A stretch of 64,000 nt of DNA from Thermodesulfobacteriota bacterium (GTDB taxonomy: Bacteria > Desulfobacterota > Desulfobulbia > Desulfobulbales > SURF-16). The notes under the pieces were generated by a model. It did no database searches and had not been told where the DNA came from. It saw only the letters and a program-made list of their open reading frames with translations. The DNA lies in contig JBFMAY010000005.1 of the NCBI GenBank assembly GCA_040755455.1, positions 49,990 through 113,989 on the forward strand, given 5' to 3'. Every line of letters begins with the position of its first letter. The stretch's first letter is position 1. Positions 50,636 through 60,662 of this stretch are shown here, piece after piece. The position numbers and the translations under genes are program-made.

Positions 50636-50669
50636 GGGGAAGCCTCCGATGGTTCGGGAAAATGAATTA

Positions 50670-51263
50670 TTATAAAGAGCCCTTTGAGGAAAGTGGACCC
50701 TGGGTGCGTAAATGTCTGGCGGTTGCCTGATCAAGGGCCCTGCCAAGAGCTTTAAAGATCGCTTCGAGGATATGATGGGTGTTGTGGCCGTAAGGGACCT
50801 CTGCATGCAGGGTCATGCCGCCGTGCAGGGAAAGAGCGCGGAGGAATTCCTGGACAAGGGCGGTGTCGAATGTGCCCACCTTCTGGTCGCATTGCACCAC
50901 ATCATAGTGGAGATGGGGACGGTTGGAGAAATCGACGGTGACCCTGGCCAGGGCTTCATCCATCGGCAATGTGCAGTGACCATAGCGGTTGATGGCGCTG
51001 AAATCGCCAAGGGCGGTTTTGAATGCCTGGCCGAGGCAGATGCCCACATCTTCAACAGTATGATGCGCGTCAATTTCCAGATCGCCTGCCGCTGAAACCG
51101 TCAGATCAAAAAAACCATGGACGGCAAACAGCGTGAGCATATGGTCGAGAAAAGGCACGCCGGTCTGCAGGGAGGCCTTGCCTTCTCCGTCAATGGTGAG
51201 ATTTAATCTGATATCGGTCTCATTTGTTTTGCGTTGAATGGTGCTTTCGCGATGGATATTCAT
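50670..51263 (-). CDS. hisB: Imidazoleglycerol-phosphate dehydratase
   Basis: RKTNETDI, FLDHML, DAHHTVED, PMDEAL, NTHHILEAIFKA, SSKGSL. Confidence 0.97.
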   Translation of the reverse strand: MNIHRESTIQRKTNETDIRLNLTIDGEGKASLQTGVPFLDHMLTLFAVHGFFDLTVSAAGDLEIDAHHTVEDVGICLGQAFKTALGDFSAINRYGHCTLPMDEALARVTVDFSNRPHLHYDVVQCDQKVGTFDTALVQEFLRALSLHGGMTLHAEVPYGHNTHHILEAIFKALGRALDQATARHLRTQGPLSSKGSL

Positions 51264-51439
51264 GCCGGCATCTCTTGAGGGTTGCGTTCGTTTGGTAGAG
51301 TTTAGTATTGAATTTTAGTGGGTAAATGAATAAATATATTATACCTATAACAAGTTAACTGATTGAGTGGCAAGATATTTCTCTGCTTTATCCGAATTGC
51401 CTTTGCACTTGAAAGTAAAGAAAAAAAGGTAATTTTTTG

Positions 51440-51469
51440 TTGACAAATATTTGCGCCCCCGGTTATATT
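51440..51469 (+). promoter_or_regulatory. Sigma-70 promoter of tRNA-Gly
   Basis: TTGACA, 18-nt spacer, TATATT with upstream A/T tracts. Confidence 0.65.
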
Positions 51470-51498
51470 CACTTCGTTTTTGGCACAGTTATTCATAA

Positions 51499-51573
<75 letters not shown>

Positions 51574-51583
51574 TGCTTATTCT

Positions 51584-51613
51584 AAGGTTCGAACGGGGTT
51601 CGAACCTTTTTTT
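51584..51613 (+). terminator. Terminator after tRNA-Gly
   Basis: AAGGTTCGAAC-ggg-GTTCGAACCTT plus T-run. Confidence 0.85.
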
Positions 51614-51694
51614 GTCAATAAATCACCTGCGTCATCATATTCATTAATAATATGAGGTCGGGTGTCATATTGTTAGTGCGTTGAGGTTATTAAA

Positions 51695-52123
51695 ATGAAA
51701 ACGATTTTAACACCGGTCAAAGAAATTGAACGGAAATGGCTAGTTGTTGACGCTCAGGGGCAGATACTTGGACGCCTTGCGTCTGAGATCGCCCGCAGGC
51801 TTCGCGGTAAACACAAAGCGAACTTTTCAACATTCCAGGACACCGGTGATTTTGTCATCGTTGTCAATGCTGACAAGGTTCGTTTGACCGGCAAAAAACT
51901 TGACAATAAGATTTATTACAATCATTCCGGTTATATGGGTGGCTTGCGGGAGCGGACTGCAAAAGAAATTCTTGAGAAAAGCCCTGAAGAGCTGATCTAT
52001 AATGCAGTAAAAGGGATGCTGCCCAAAAACACCCTTGGTCGTACCCAGTTGAAAAAACTGAAGGTATATGCTGGCTCTGAACACCCGCATGAAGCGCAGA
52101 AGCCGGAAAATCTTGAATTATAA
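51695..52123 (+). CDS. rplM: 50S ribosomal protein L13
   Basis: [49 protein letters not shown]. Confidence 0.98.
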   Translation: MKTILTPVKEIERKWLVVDAQGQILGRLASEIARRLRGKHKANFSTFQDTGDFVIVVNADKVRLTGKKLDNKIYYNHSGYMGGLRERTAKEILEKSPEELIYNAVKGMLPKNTLGRTQLKKLKVYAGSEHPHEAQKPENLEL

Positions 52124-52139
52124 TTGAGGTAGTAGAGAT

Positions 52140-52532
52140 ATGTCTGAGCTGCGTTATTATGCCACAGGAAAAAGAAAAACTGCTATTGCCAGGGTCTGGT
52201 TGCAACCTGGTAGTGGTACTATCAATGTGAACAAGCTGGCCTTTGCCGATTATTTCGGCGGGGCGATTGATCAGAAGATTGCCACCAAACCATTTATTCT
52301 GACTGATAACATTGATAAATTTGATGTCATTGCCACCCTGAAAGGTGGTGGCAAGAACGCTCAGGCCGAGGCGTTGCGCCATGGGATCGCCAAGGCCCTG
52401 CTGGATGTTGATGTGGTCAATCGTCAGCCTCTGAAAAAAGCAGGCCTGTTAACCCGCGATGCCCGTGTGAAAGAGCGTAAAAAATACGGTAAAAAATCAG
52501 CCAGGGCAAGCTTCCAGTTCTCGAAACGTTGA
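52140..52532 (+). CDS. rpsI: 30S ribosomal protein S9
   Basis: YATGKRKTAIARV, GGG..AQA.ALRHGI, LTRDARVKERKKYG, QFSKR. Confidence 0.98.
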   Translation: MSELRYYATGKRKTAIARVWLQPGSGTINVNKLAFADYFGGAIDQKIATKPFILTDNIDKFDVIATLKGGGKNAQAEALRHGIAKALLDVDVVNRQPLKKAGLLTRDARVKERKKYGKKSARASFQFSKR

Positions 52533-52572
52533 TCTGACTATTTACTTTTTCGTAAATGGATCTTCCATACAC

Positions 52573-52612
52573 GGGGAAAGACGAAACGATATGTTCGTCT
52601 TTCCCCTTTTTT
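52573..52612 (+). terminator. Terminator after rpsI
   Basis: GGGGAAAGACGAA...TTCGTCTTTCCCC plus T6. Confidence 0.85.
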
Positions 52613-52641
52613 ATTTAAAATGACGGAGAAAAATAAAACGT

Positions 52642-53679
52642 ATGTTACGTGCAGGTATTGTTGGTGCATCAGGATATACGGGGGGTGAGCTGGCTCGGAT
52701 TCTCAGCCTGCATCCCGAGGTTGAGATCAGCGTCGCCACATCGCGCCAGTATGCCGGAAAAAGGCTGTCGCAGGTCTATCCCCATCTGGCCGGCATTGCC
52801 GAAATCGTCTGTGAGGATGTGCAGCTTGCCGAACTGACTGACCGGGCTGATGTATTTTTCACCGCTGTTCCGCACCAGACGGCCATGGCCATTGTGCCCG
52901 GGTTGCTGCAGGCCGGCAAAAAGGTTATCGATCTGAGCGCCGATTTCCGCATCGACGATCCCGTTGTTTACGAGGCATGGTATCAGCCGCACACCGCCCA
53001 GCAGTACCTGGCGGAAGCGGTTTACGGCCTGCCGGAGATCAATCGCGATAAAATCGCCGGGGCAAGGCTTGTCGCCAATCCCGGCTGTTATCCCACCTCC
53101 ATTATTCTGGCCCTGGCGCCCCTGCTGAAAAACGGTCTGATTGATCTTGATACGATCATTGCGGATTCCAAATCCGGCACATCCGGCGCCGGCCGGGGCG
53201 CCCAGGTCGGCACCCTGTTCTGTGAAGTGACCGACGGCTTCCGGGCCTATAAGGTCGGTGAGCACCGGCATACCCCGGAGATTGAACAGGAACTGGCCAA
53301 ACTGGCCGGCCGTCAGCTGACCATATCCTTTACCCCCCACCTTCTGCCGGTCAGCCGCGGGATCTTAAGCACCATTTACGGCAAGCTGACCAGGGACGTC
53401 GACCAGCAGGAAATAGCCGATCTTTTCCAGTCATTCTACAAGGATGAGAAATTCGTCAGGATCTGCCGGTCCGGTAGTTTCCCGGCGACCCAGTATGTGC
53501 GTGGCAGCAACTACTGCGATATCGGCGGCAAGGTGGATACGCGCACCGGCCGGGTTGTGCTGGTCTCGGTAATTGATAACCTGGTCAAGGGCGCGGCAGG
53601 TCAGGCGGTGCAGAACATGAATGTTGTCTACGGCTTTAAGGAGTCGCTGGGGCTTGAGACCGTGCCTCTTTTCCCGTGA
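52642..53679 (+). CDS. argC: N-acetyl-gamma-glutamyl-phosphate reductase
   Basis: [57 protein letters not shown]. Confidence 0.97.
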   Translation: MLRAGIVGASGYTGGELARILSLHPEVEISVATSRQYAGKRLSQVYPHLAGIAEIVCEDVQLAELTDRADVFFTAVPHQTAMAIVPGLLQAGKKVIDLSADFRIDDPVVYEAWYQPHTAQQYLAEAVYGLPEINRDKIAGARLVANPGCYPTSIILALAPLLKNGLIDLDTIIADSKSGTSGAGRGAQVGTLFCEVTDGFRAYKVGEHRHTPEIEQELAKLAGRQLTISFTPHLLPVSRGILSTIYGKLTRDVDQQEIADLFQSFYKDEKFVRICRSGSFPATQYVRGSNYCDIGGKVDTRTGRVVLVSVIDNLVKGAAGQAVQNMNVVYGFKESLGLETVPLFP

Positions 53680-53700
53680 CATCTGCTTTCCCCTTGCCTT

Positions 53701-54504
53701 ATGGGTGAACAATCTGTACATTTACGCAACATCAGGCTGACCCTTTCCTTTGACGGGACTGATTTTGCCGGCTGGCAGCGACAGAAGAACGTGCCGTCAA
53801 TCCAGGGCGAGCTTGAAGACAAACTTGCCAGGATGACCGGTGAAAAGATTGTGATTCACGGCGCCGGCAGGACAGATTCCGGGGTTCATGCCTTGGCCAT
53901 GACCGCCCATTTTGCCACCAATTCGGCAATTGCCTGTTCGTCATTCAGGAGCGGATTAAACTGTTTGCTGGCTGATTCCATCAAGGTTCTTCAGGTAGAG
54001 GATGTTGACTTGTCGTTTCATTCCCGCATCAGTGCCAGGGCAAAGGTTTATCAGTATTTTTTTACCACGGAGGACATCGTTCCTCCCCACCGGCGTTTTT
54101 ACTGCGCCCATCTGCCCGGGCCCTTTGACCTTGACCAGGCCAGGCAGTGTCTGCCGGTTATTCTCGGCAGGCATGATTTTACAAGCTTTGAGGCCACCGG
54201 TTCACGGGATAAGGGGAAAACCGGCGGCCGGGGGGCCTTGCGGGAGATATTTTCCGCATCACTTTCTCCCGTGGCGGGACCGACGCCCGAGTATCTTTTT
54301 GAGATCTGCGGCGACGGTTTTTTACGGAAGATGGTTCGAAACATTGTCGGAACGTTGATTGAGGTTGGGCAACACCGCATGAGTGTAAACGATTTCGCCG
54401 GACTGTTGCAGCGGCGGGATCGATCGCTGGCAGGGCCAACCGCGCCAGCCTGCGGATTGTTTCTCAAAAAAGTCTATTACGATGAAAGCTGGTCAGCAGC
54501 ATAG
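53701..54504 (+). CDS. truA: tRNA pseudouridine(38-40) synthase
   Basis: FDGTDFAGWQRQ, GAGRTDSGVHA, HDFTSF, GFLRKMVRNIVG, TAPACGLFL. Confidence 0.96.
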   Translation: MGEQSVHLRNIRLTLSFDGTDFAGWQRQKNVPSIQGELEDKLARMTGEKIVIHGAGRTDSGVHALAMTAHFATNSAIACSSFRSGLNCLLADSIKVLQVEDVDLSFHSRISARAKVYQYFFTTEDIVPPHRRFYCAHLPGPFDLDQARQCLPVILGRHDFTSFEATGSRDKGKTGGRGALREIFSASLSPVAGPTPEYLFEICGDGFLRKMVRNIVGTLIEVGQHRMSVNDFAGLLQRRDRSLAGPTAPACGLFLKKVYYDESWSAA

Positions 54505-54510
54505 AAAAAA

Positions 54511-55731
54511 ATGAAAGGGATGCATATGGAAGGACAACTATCACTCGCAGATCGCATGAAATTGATCAAGCCGTCACCGACCTTGGCGGTGAATGCCAAA
54601 GCAAAGGCCATGAAAGCCGCTGGCGCCGATATCCTGAATTTTAGTGTGGGCGAGCCGGATTTCGACACCCCGGCCCATGTGTGCACCGCCGGCAAAAAGG
54701 CTATCGATGAGGGCTTTACCCGCTATACCGCCGTGCCGGGCATTCCTGAACTGCGGGAGGCCATCGTTGCCCGTTATGCCGCTGACCGGGGCTGGCATTA
54801 TGAACCTGACCAGGTGCAGGTATGCTGCGGCGGCAAACACGGGCTGTATAATATGGCCCAGGCCCTTTTCGGCCCGGGCGACGAAGTGCTTATTCCCGCC
54901 CCCTACTGGGTCTCCTATCCTCCCATTGTTCTTCTTGCCGGGGCGACACCGGTTTTTGTCCCCTTGGCTGAAAATGAAAATTTTGATTTGACTGCTGAAA
55001 ACTTGAGCAGATGCGTCACTGACCGGACCCGCGGCATCATCTTGAACAGCCCGTCCAATCCCACCGGCGCCATCTTCTCAGCCAAGGCGCTGGCCAAGGT
55101 GGCGGAGATGGCCATGGCAAGGGGATGGGTAGTCATCTCCGACGATATCTATGATACCATCGTCTATGAAGGGGAGCAGCTCCCGCATATCCTGGATATT
55201 GAGCCAAAAATGAAAGAGCAGACCATCATCCTGAACGGGGTGTCCAAATCCTTTGCCATGACCGGCTGGCGGATCGGTTATTCGCTGGGGCCAAAGCATG
55301 TGATCGCGGCGATGAACAAGATACAGAGCCAGTCAACCTCAAATCCTGCCTCCATATCCCAGAAGGCCGCCCTGGCGGCAGTTGCCGGCCCTCAGGATTT
55401 CCCGGGCATGATGAAGCAGTCCTTTCTGCCCCGCCGGGAATTCATCGTGAAGCAGCTCACCTCGATTGAGGGGATCAGCTGTGTTAATCCCGCGGGTGCT
55501 TTTTATGTTTTCCCGAATTTCTCGGCCTATTACGGGAAGAAATTTAATGGCAAGGTGATCGCCGGATCGGTTGAGATGTCCGAGTATCTGCTTGAGGAAA
55601 GCTTCATGGCCACCGTGCCCGGAGCGGCTTTCGGCGCAGACGAATTTGTCCGTTTTTCCTTTGCCACCTCAATGGACGCCATTGAAGAGGGCATGAGACG
55701 CTTGAAGGAGGCGCTTGGCAAGCTCGCTTAA
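54511..55731 (+). CDS. PLP-dependent aminotransferase class I (aspartate aminotransferase-like)
   Basis: GEPDFDTP, APYWVSY, NSPSNPTG, SDDIY, NGVSKSFAMTGWRIGY. Start may be 54526. Confidence 0.93.
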   Translation: MKGMHMEGQLSLADRMKLIKPSPTLAVNAKAKAMKAAGADILNFSVGEPDFDTPAHVCTAGKKAIDEGFTRYTAVPGIPELREAIVARYAADRGWHYEPDQVQVCCGGKHGLYNMAQALFGPGDEVLIPAPYWVSYPPIVLLAGATPVFVPLAENENFDLTAENLSRCVTDRTRGIILNSPSNPTGAIFSAKALAKVAEMAMARGWVVISDDIYDTIVYEGEQLPHILDIEPKMKEQTIILNGVSKSFAMTGWRIGYSLGPKHVIAAMNKIQSQSTSNPASISQKAALAAVAGPQDFPGMMKQSFLPRREFIVKQLTSIEGISCVNPAGAFYVFPNFSAYYGKKFNGKVIAGSVEMSEYLLEESFMATVPGAAFGADEFVRFSFATSMDAIEEGMRRLKEALGKLA

Positions 55732-55913
55732 TATTCCTCTGGACTGGGCTCGCTCAGAGCCCAGGTCCACGGGTCAAGGGGGCGTTCCTTTGAGATGGAT
55801 TTCTGGCCGCTTGCCGTATAGCACTGATAAAACCAATTCTGGCCTTTCTGGAAAATTTTGATCAAAGCGAGATTCGGGTGAAGATACCAACCAGCTTTGT
55901 ATTGTCCGTCCAT
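55728..55913 (-). CDS. Small Trp/Tyr-rich hypothetical protein (61 aa)
   Basis: AGGAG RBS before ATG 55913; lies downstream of the DtxR-family gene. Confidence 0.65.
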   Translation of the reverse strand: MDGQYKAGWYLHPNLALIKIFQKGQNWFYQCYTASGQKSISKERPLDPWTWALSEPSPEEY

Positions 55914-56004
55914 CGTCACTCCTAAGCGTTCAACATGATTTGTTGTCAAAAATTACCATGAATGTGTTGCGCCGACGTGGATTGTCGCCACCCCTCTCAT
56001 GAAG

Positions 56005-56496
56005 CTATTTTGCAAGACATTTTGTAATGCATGACTGGCAGTCGTCGCTGACTTTGCCCTTGCTGCAGAAGATGCTGAAACTGTCAATCCAATCCGTGCC
56101 GCCCCTGGGGCACTGTTCGAGAAATTGAACAAAATGAATCATCTTGTCAATGATCTCCCTGGGAGCGGCATGTTCAATTTCGCAGGCGCCAATGTCGGCA
56201 AGCTTCTCATCGACATCCAGGACTTTAATAAAAAACTCTTTCAGAGCTTGATGACGGAGAATGATATCCTCTGAAACCGCCTTTCCCCTGTCAGTGAGGG
56301 TAATCACCTCATAGGGCGCATAGTTGATCAGCTTTTTTTTGGCAAGCGCCCTGAAGGCTTCCGTAACGGAGGAGCGGCTGACTTTGAGCCTGGCAGCTAT
56401 CTCTTTTGCCCGGGCAACCTTTTTTTCTTTGATGATCAGGGCAATCACCTCGAGATAGTCTTCGAGGCTTGCGCTCAGCCTTGTTTCTTTTTTCAT
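56005..56496 (-). CDS. DtxR/MntR-family metal-dependent regulator with Cys-rich tail
   Basis: LSASLEDYLE.I, ARAKEIA..L.VSRSSVT, LT..G, RH..L..FF, ACEIEH; C-terminal C..C..CxxCxxxC. Confidence 0.9.
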   Translation of the reverse strand: MKKETRLSASLEDYLEVIALIIKEKKVARAKEIAARLKVSRSSVTEAFRALAKKKLINYAPYEVITLTDRGKAVSEDIILRHQALKEFFIKVLDVDEKLADIGACEIEHAAPREIIDKMIHFVQFLEQCPRGGTDWIDSFSIFCSKGKVSDDCQSCITKCLAK

Positions 56497-56669
56497 AATG
56501 TAAAAAAAACTGACCACAGTGGGCAAAGCGATGACTGTGAGTTCCGTTTGAGCCTGTAAGTAGTTAATATCATACAGGTGGGATCATTTCTATGCCAGGT
56601 TTTTTTGACAAAAGCGGAAAAAAGCCGGGCAGGCAAATGACATATCGTTTTTTTTTATGTAAAGCATGC

Positions 56670-57515
56670 ATGCCGCCTAAACAATACTTTTTTTTCGCCG
56701 CCTTTTTTATTTTACTGATAGCCGGGTACGGTTATTTTATCGAGCCTAACCGGATCAAGGTCGAGAGGGTGGTGATTGCTGATGGTGCTTTGCATCAGGC
56801 CTGGGGGGAGGTGCGGATTGTCCAGCTTGCCGACCTGCATATTGACAAGGCCGGCCGCAGAGAAGAAAAGGTACTGGGGCTGGTGGACGAGATAAAGCCC
56901 GATCTCATCGTCATTACCGGAGATATGGCCCAATGGAATAAAGACCCGCGCCCTGCTCTGCAATTCGTGGAAAGACTGCAGGCCCCGCTGGGGGTGTACG
57001 GCATCCTCGGTGATTCCGACATGGCCAGCGGAAGACGCTATTGCTTTTTCTGTCATGCCGGGGGTAATGTGCATCAGCTGCGGCAGCATCCGCGCATGCT
57101 GAAAAACGGCTATGCGGAAATCACTGTTCCGGCAACCGGTAACAAAGTGACCATTGCCGGGGTGTTTCCCGAAAATGATAACGGTGCCGGGCGGCCCGCC
57201 CTGGCTGACCACCTGCGGCAAACCGAGCAGCCGGTGCTGCTGCTGGATCATTATGCCAAGGGCTGGCAGCAGATCAGCCATAAAGGGCCGCTGCTGTGGC
57301 TTGCCGGCGATACCCACGGTGGCCAGGTCGCCATCCCAGACTGGTTCTTGCGGAAGTTGCGGCTGGTGGATTATCCGCAATACATGTCCGGACTTTTTTC
57401 AGGGGGCGGCCACAAATGGCTCTATGTCAGCCGAGGCCTCGGCACGGTTTCCTATTTTCCTTTCAGGATTGGCGTGCCGCCTGAAATTACCGTCATATCA
57501 TTTCAAGATAACTGA
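56670..57515 (+). CDS. Metallophosphoesterase-fold protein with atypical motifs
   Basis: N-terminal TM, IEPN, DLH, TGD, GDSD (for GNHD), GDTHGGQ (for GHTH), YVSRGLG..PFR..PPEI. Start uncertain (56592-56670). Confidence 0.8.
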   Translation: MPPKQYFFFAAFFILLIAGYGYFIEPNRIKVERVVIADGALHQAWGEVRIVQLADLHIDKAGRREEKVLGLVDEIKPDLIVITGDMAQWNKDPRPALQFVERLQAPLGVYGILGDSDMASGRRYCFFCHAGGNVHQLRQHPRMLKNGYAEITVPATGNKVTIAGVFPENDNGAGRPALADHLRQTEQPVLLLDHYAKGWQQISHKGPLLWLAGDTHGGQVAIPDWFLRKLRLVDYPQYMSGLFSGGGHKWLYVSRGLGTVSYFPFRIGVPPEITVISFQDN

Positions 57516-58088
57516 ATGAAAAATCCGCTGGCAAGATATTGTCGTCAATTGTCTTTTGTCGCGTTGCTGATGGCAATGGTGGCAGGCTGTTCGGCGGGTA
57601 GTCCTCCGGAAAAATCGACCAGAACGCTTTTTGATTTTGAGCAGACGGCGGAACTTGACCTTCTGCATTGGCAATGCGGCTCATTCATGGAGCAGGATAC
57701 GCAGCACGCCACCGCAGGCCAATACAGCCTGCGGCTGGAGATGTATCCAAGTTCTGAATATCCCGGTTTCAAGGCGGGCTTGACTGAAGGCTGGCAGGGA
57801 TATAAAAAGCTGCTTGTCGATATTTATCATCCCGGGGTAAATGAGATGAAATTTGCCTATAGAATCGATGACCGGGACGATAATCCCCCCTTTGCCGACC
57901 GGGCGAACGGCACGGTGGTGTTAAAGCCGGGCAGAAATATTTTTGCCGTTGATCTGGAAAAGCTGAAAACATCCGGCACCGACCGCAGGCTTGATTTAGC
58001 AAAGATCAGCGGCCTGTACCTCTTTGTCCGGCGCCCCCCGCAACCGCTTACCCTGTATCTGGACAATGTGCGATTGGTGCGTCAGTAA
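57516..58088 (+). CDS. Lipoprotein, beta-sandwich/carbohydrate-binding-like
   Basis: Lipobox VAGC; LFDFE...G.YSLRL...LYLDNVRL pattern typical of CBM-like jelly rolls. Confidence 0.7.
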   Translation: MKNPLARYCRQLSFVALLMAMVAGCSAGSPPEKSTRTLFDFEQTAELDLLHWQCGSFMEQDTQHATAGQYSLRLEMYPSSEYPGFKAGLTEGWQGYKKLLVDIYHPGVNEMKFAYRIDDRDDNPPFADRANGTVVLKPGRNIFAVDLEKLKTSGTDRRLDLAKISGLYLFVRRPPQPLTLYLDNVRLVRQ

Positions 58089-58113
58089 AAAAACAATGTA
58101 AAAGGAGAGAGCA

Positions 58114-58509
58114 ATGACTCTGCAGGAGAAGATAAGAAGCGATTTGAAGGAGTCCATGAAGGCCAAGACCGAGGCGAGGACCTCGGCTCTCAGGGTGCTG
58201 ATCGGCGAGTTTCAACGCCAGTTGAAAAAAGAGCTGACTGATGGCGAAGTGGTTGCGGTTATCAGAAAGCTCATCAAATCAGAGGCTGAAACCCTGGAAA
58301 AAAAGGGAGAGGGACCATCGGAATACATGCGGATTCTGGAGGGTTATCTGCCGAAACAGGCTGGTGAGGCGGAAATCAGGGCATGGATCGAAAAAAATAT
58401 CGATTTCAGCAAGTTCCCGAGCAAAATGCAGGCAATGAAACCGATCATGGCCAACTTTGCCGGCATGGTTGACGGCAATACGGTAAAAAAAATTCTCGAA
58501 AGCCTGTAG
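58114..58509 (+). CDS. GatB/YqeY domain protein
   Basis: LQEKI.SDLKESMKAK, L.D.EV..VIRK, IL.GYLPKQ; AAGGAG RBS. Confidence 0.88.
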   Translation: MTLQEKIRSDLKESMKAKTEARTSALRVLIGEFQRQLKKELTDGEVVAVIRKLIKSEAETLEKKGEGPSEYMRILEGYLPKQAGEAEIRAWIEKNIDFSKFPSKMQAMKPIMANFAGMVDGNTVKKILESL

Positions 58510-58548
58510 GGGTGCCCATCGAGAAAAATAACAGCGGTAGGGTACTGC

Positions 58549-58575
58549 GTAGGGGCGGTTTGCGAACCGCCCTTT
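58549..58575. repeat. GTAG-type REP-like palindrome / bidirectional terminator between convergent genes
   Basis: GTAG-GGGCGGTT-TGCG-AACCGCCC-TTT. Confidence 0.55.
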
Positions 58576-59458
58576 AACCGAAGCGGCCGGTGATGTAGTC
58601 CTCTGTCAGCTGGTGGCGGGGATTGGTGAAGACCCGGTCCGTCATGCCCACTTCAATCAGGTCGCCCAGGTGAAAGTAGGCGGTCCGCTGGGAAACGCGG
58701 GCTGCCTGCTGCATGGAGTGGGTGACGATAACAATGGAATAGTGCTTGCACAGTTCGGCGATCAGTTCCTCGATCTTGGCCGTGGCTATGGGGTCAAGGG
58801 CTGAACACGGCTCATCCATGAGAATCACCTCCGGGCTGACGGCGATGGCCCGGGCAATACAGAGGCGCTGCTGCTGGCCGCCGGAAAGTCCGGTGCCCGG
58901 CTGGTGCAGCCGGTCCTTGACCTCTGCCCACAGGCCGGCCTTTTTCAGCGAGGTTTCCACGATTTCATCAAGTTCTGCTTTGTTCTGCGCCAGCCCGTGA
59001 ATTTTCGGGCCATAGGCCACATTGTCATAAATGGACTTGGGAAAGGGGTTGGGCTTCTGGAAGACCATGCCCACTCTGGCCCGCAGCGGCACCACATCGA
59101 CACTCTTGTCGTGGATATCCATGCCGTCCAGCCTGATGTCGCCGGTCACCCGGCATCCATCAACGGTGTCGTTCATGCGGTTCAGGCAGCGGAGAAAGGT
59201 TGACTTGCCGCAGCCTGAGGGCCCTATCATGGCAATCACCTCGTTGCGGGCAATGTCGATGCTGACATTGTTGATCGCCTTTTTGTCACCATAATAGACA
59301 TTGACCTCTCTGCAGGTCATGCGCGGGTTGTCGACAAAAGGGTTGCCGACGGTTTCCCGTGCTATTTGGAGGGCTTGACTTGTTGCTTCAGGCAAAATTT
59401 TTTCCTTGCTGATGGTGGATAATATACCGGAGTTTGCTGCTTCAAACAGTGATTCCAT
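58574..59458 (-). CDS. pstB: Phosphate ABC transporter ATP-binding protein
   Basis: [61 protein letters not shown]. Confidence 0.96.
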   Translation of the reverse strand: MESLFEAANSGILSTISKEKILPEATSQALQIARETVGNPFVDNPRMTCREVNVYYGDKKAINNVSIDIARNEVIAMIGPSGCGKSTFLRCLNRMNDTVDGCRVTGDIRLDGMDIHDKSVDVVPLRARVGMVFQKPNPFPKSIYDNVAYGPKIHGLAQNKAELDEIVETSLKKAGLWAEVKDRLHQPGTGLSGGQQQRLCIARAIAVSPEVILMDEPCSALDPIATAKIEELIAELCKHYSIVIVTHSMQQAARVSQRTAYFHLGDLIEVGMTDRVFTNPRHQLTEDYITGRFG

Positions 59459-59486
59459 GCGTTTGTGGTCATTTTATCAATTGTAT

Positions 59487-59548
59487 ACCACAGAGATCAC
59501 AGGCGGCACAAAGAAAAATGATGTGTTTGCCGTGATCTCTGCAGCGGT
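59487..59548. repeat. Intercistronic stem-loop between pstS and pstB
   Basis: CAGAGATCAC (59491-59500) pairs with GTGATCTCTG (59532-59541), with further imperfect inner pairing. Confidence 0.6.
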
Positions 59549-59579
59549 GATTCGCATACCGTGAAGGGGAAAGCGGTTC

Positions 59580-60629
59580 CTATTTCACGGTCAGCGTTTT
59601 GAGTTCCTTGACATCTTTTGCTACCTGGTCTCTCTCTTTCTTTTCCATGGGGATCATACCCTTATCGGCGAGATAACCCTCATTGCCCCAGGCCTTGTCG
59701 CTGGTGAATTCCGCCAGATATTCCTTGATGCCGGGAATAACATCCACATGGGCCTTCTTGACATAGAAAAAGAGCGGGCGTGAAACAGGATATTTGCCGG
59801 AAGCGATATTGTCAAAGGTCGGCGATTCATTCTCGACAAGGGAACCCTGTATCATGTCGGCATTCTGGTCAAGGAAGCTGTAGCCGAAAATACCCACGGC
59901 ATTGGGGTTGGCCTCAAGTTTCTGCACAATGAGGTTGTCGTTTTCTCCCGCCTCGATATAGACCCCGTCCTCACGCACCATCTGGGTGGTTGCCTTGTAC
60001 ATGTCCTTGTCTTTCTTTTCCATGTCATGGATAAAGGGGAAGGTCTTGGCCCCGGCCTCCATGGCCAGTTCAACAAAGGCATCCCTGGTGCCTGAGGTGG
60101 GGGGAGGTCCTAAGACCTCGATTTTTGTTGCCGGCAGAGCTGGATTGACCTCCTGCCAGGTCTTGTAGGGGTTCGGCACCAGCGTGTCGCCGCCTTTGGG
60201 GTCAGGCACGTTTTTGGCCAGGGCCAGGAAGATATCCTTGCGGCTCAGTTTGAACGGGGCGTTTTTTTTGGAATTGGCGAGCACGATTCCATCATAGCCG
60301 ATTTTCACCTCGACAATATCCTTGACGCCGTTTGCCTGGCAGGTGTCAAACTCAGACTTCTTGATGGCCCGTGAGGCATTGGTGATATCGGGATTTTCCA
60401 CGCCGACCCCGGTGCAGAAGAGCTTGAAGCCGCCGCCGGTCCCGGTGGATTCGATTTTTGGTGTTTTAAAGTTCGTGGTTTTGCCGAACTGTTCGGCGAC
60501 AATGGTGGAAAAGGGATAGACCGTGGAAGAACCGACGATGCTGATGTAATCACGTCCGGCCGCCTGGGCTGATGAGACTGCGTACATACCGGCAATGAGT
60601 GCTGAGGCCACCAGAATACTTTTTTTCAT
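59580..60629 (-). CDS. pstS: Phosphate ABC transporter substrate-binding protein
   Basis: Signal peptide, IVGSSTVYPF, ESTGTGGG.KLFC, NASR, GPPPTSGTRDAF, YPVSRPLFFY. Confidence 0.95.
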   Translation of the reverse strand: MKKSILVASALIAGMYAVSSAQAAGRDYISIVGSSTVYPFSTIVAEQFGKTTNFKTPKIESTGTGGGFKLFCTGVGVENPDITNASRAIKKSEFDTCQANGVKDIVEVKIGYDGIVLANSKKNAPFKLSRKDIFLALAKNVPDPKGGDTLVPNPYKTWQEVNPALPATKIEVLGPPPTSGTRDAFVELAMEAGAKTFPFIHDMEKKDKDMYKATTQMVREDGVYIEAGENDNLIVQKLEANPNAVGIFGYSFLDQNADMIQGSLVENESPTFDNIASGKYPVSRPLFFYVKKAHVDVIPGIKEYLAEFTSDKAWGNEGYLADKGMIPMEKKERDQVAKDVKELKTLTVK

Positions 60630-60662
60630 TGTTTACTCCTTTTTAGAATTATGAAAAAATTA

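Noticed and set aside
51481..51496. Sigma-54 promoter at TGGCACAGTTATTCAT
   Set aside because: It lacks the -12 GC; a good sigma-70 promoter lies just upstream.
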